Assembly: GCA_030390025.1 (NCBI GenBank)
Contig: CM059443.1
Coordinates: 63,391,013-63,428,000, forward strand
Direction of reading: 5' to 3'
DNA: 36,988 nt
Source: Squalus acanthias
Lineage: Eukaryota
Both the position numbers and the translations under genes were made by a program. Numbering within the stretch: the first letter of the stretch is position 1; each line of letters opens with the position of its first letter. Under the pieces are notes generated by a model, which made no database searches, was not told the DNA's origin, and saw only the letters and a list, made by a program, of their open reading frames with translations. Shown piece by piece: positions 35,110 to 36,988 of the stretch.

Positions 35110-35612
35110 TTGACAATTCAGTGCAGTACTGAGGGAGCGCGACATTGTCTAAGGTGCCGTCTTTTTGATGGACATCAAAGCGATGCCCCATCTTCCTGTA
35201 GTTCAGGACTCTCAGCATAAAAGCGGGAGAGCAGCCCCGCGGATGTCTCTCTTCCAAAACAAAATCCCAGAACAAGAGCAAAAGCAGCTTGTGAGACACG
35301 ACAAGGCACTGCATAAAAATGAAAGTCTTTTCTTTCTGAAATCCTTAGTCGATGATGAAAATACATTTTAAAACAAGTCTGGTATTGAATGCAGTCAGCA
35401 CTTTTTAAGCATCAGACTCTTGTGGAAAAAAAAATGGATTAAAGACAGTTCTCCTGGTGTTTGGCCCACCATTCTTTTCCTCAACCAATACTGCCAATAA
35501 CAGATTAACTGGTTATGCATCTCAGTGCAGTTTGTGGGATCTTGCTGTGTGCAGAATGGCTCATATTTGCCAACACAACAAAACCAGCTACACTTCAAAA
35601 GGTATTCACTGC
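35110..35612 (+). mobile_element. Diverged Deu-SINE interrupted by a duplicated genomic segment
   Basis: SINE 5' part to ...gttcagg at 35208; resumes at about 35441 with cagttctcctggtgtttggcc...cctcaaccaa. Confidence 0.75.
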
Positions 35613-36032
35613 ATGACTGCACTCCTTGGTGCGAATGAGAATTATAGACTCATGAAGACATGGGTCTACAAACATCTCGTCGGATCAGCAAAGTAAACAT
35701 GGGGAGCCAGGCACTGCATTTACACTGCGGGTGTGTGCAGTACGGAGCAGAGCCCAGCTGTGCTACGGGGACTGGTGCTGACTCACAGCATAAAAGCGGG
35801 AGAGCAGCCCCGCGGATGTCTCTCTTTCAAAACAAGATCCCAGAACAAGAACAAGAGCAAGAGCAAAAGCAGCTTGTGAGACACGACAAGGCACTGCATA
35901 CAAATGCAAGTCTTTTCTTTCTGAAACCCTTAGTCGATGATGAAAATACATTTTAAAGCAAGTCTGGTACTGAATGCAGTCAGCACTTTTTAAGCATCAG
36001 ACTCTTGCGAAATCCAAGAAAAAAAATGGATT
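35208..36032 (+). repeat. Local direct duplication: 35208-35440 and 35780-36032
   Basis: Near-identical gactc(t/a)cagcataaaagcgggagagcagccccgcgg...gcatcagactcttg...aaaaaaaatggatt, with a few substitutions and two indels. Confidence 0.95.
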
Positions 36033-36988
36033 TTTGGATATGGATCCCTGCCTGTCACATGTATTGCAAAAGTATTCGAATTAATGTTGTGGAGTAAGAC
36101 AAAAAAAGGTTCACAACTCAGCAGAGAAATCCACTCGGCATGCACATATCCTCAGTAGTCAACTCACAATTTTTATTTTTGGCATATTTAAGTCAAGTAA
36201 GAAAACAAGCAGGTCGGATTAGCACTTTAAAAAAATCTGCTGTTACTTTCTCCTCCTCCTTATTCCTCCCCACAATAAAATGAGAAAAAGCCCTGTCGGA
36301 TCCATGTAAAAAAAAACTGCTCCAAAGACATGACAACGCTGAAGCAAATAAGCTAATTTTTTGCTGTCAATCCAGTTTATCTCCTGCAGTGCCTAATGCT
36401 TTATCTACTTCTACCATGGCTTGTTATCCCATACCCACTTTAGGATTGAGACTTGCCAAATAAACATAACAGATGTGACAAATAAAATTTGATGCGCAGC
36501 CATTATCTACAAAATGAGTTAGCGAGGCAGCCTGTCATTATGAGCCATTTTAAACCAGTAATTGTGCTGAATTTACAAACGACAAACCCCAGCTCCCTTT
36601 TATTGATGCTCTTGTGGTACTAAAAACATTGATCGCTTCAAGCACTATCCCATCTCGCCTATCGATTTTCTACTGTTTGACCATGTAACCTGACCGCTGA
36701 CAGCCCATTCCGAGGATTCGCTTTCCCAATAATCAATACCGCGCCCTCGCGTCAACTGGGGAAAGTTTAGCAGTGCCTTAGCTGCTTTAGTCCTTGGATG
36801 CCGAGGCACAACATCCGAGGTAAGTTGCAGCCAACGGTGGAAAAATACCCTGCAAGACCAAACATTACAGTGCAATGTACTCAAGGCCGCAGGATGCACT
36901 TGCCTAAGTCGCAGGTTTTCGAACTGGGGTTTGCCAACCTTAGGGCGGTCATGAGGAGATACTCGGGGTTGTCCCACAGTATCACTGA

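Noticed and set aside
35936-35973. C/D box snoRNA (ATGATGA...CTGA)
   Set aside because: Boxes are too close, lie antisense to the host gene, lack a terminal stem, and the D box is lost in the duplicate.
1-36988. Prokaryotic-type system (CRISPR array, operon, defence island)
   Set aside because: No regularly spaced repeats or dense coding; the sequence is a spliced vertebrate gene with retroposon-rich introns.

Overview
Eukaryotic genomic DNA, almost certainly from a cartilaginous fish (shark-type SINE, CR1 and Penelope repeat content; an inference). The whole window lies inside one large minus-strand gene, SCAPER (S-phase cyclin A-associated protein in the ER). Four consecutive N-terminal coding exons are recovered with consistent splice phases: 34715-34627, 19199-19002, 3198-3098 and 876-745. 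They are separated by introns of about 15.4, 15.8 and 2.2 kb. The introns hold CR1 and L2 LINE fragments, many Deu-domain tRNA-SINEs, other SINE families, TIR-bounded non-autonomous DNA elements and Penelope-like fragments. Most notable: three minimal hammerhead-ribozyme motifs with covarying stems, all antisense to SCAPER; a 747-bp TIR element made of serial hairpins with promoter motifs and three splice donors; a structured TSD-flanked SINE I do not recognise; an LF-SINE-like relic; and a local 235-bp templated duplication inside a SINE. Most ORFs in the supplied track are spurious or LINE-derived. Repeat family names come from recalled consensus sequences, not database searches.
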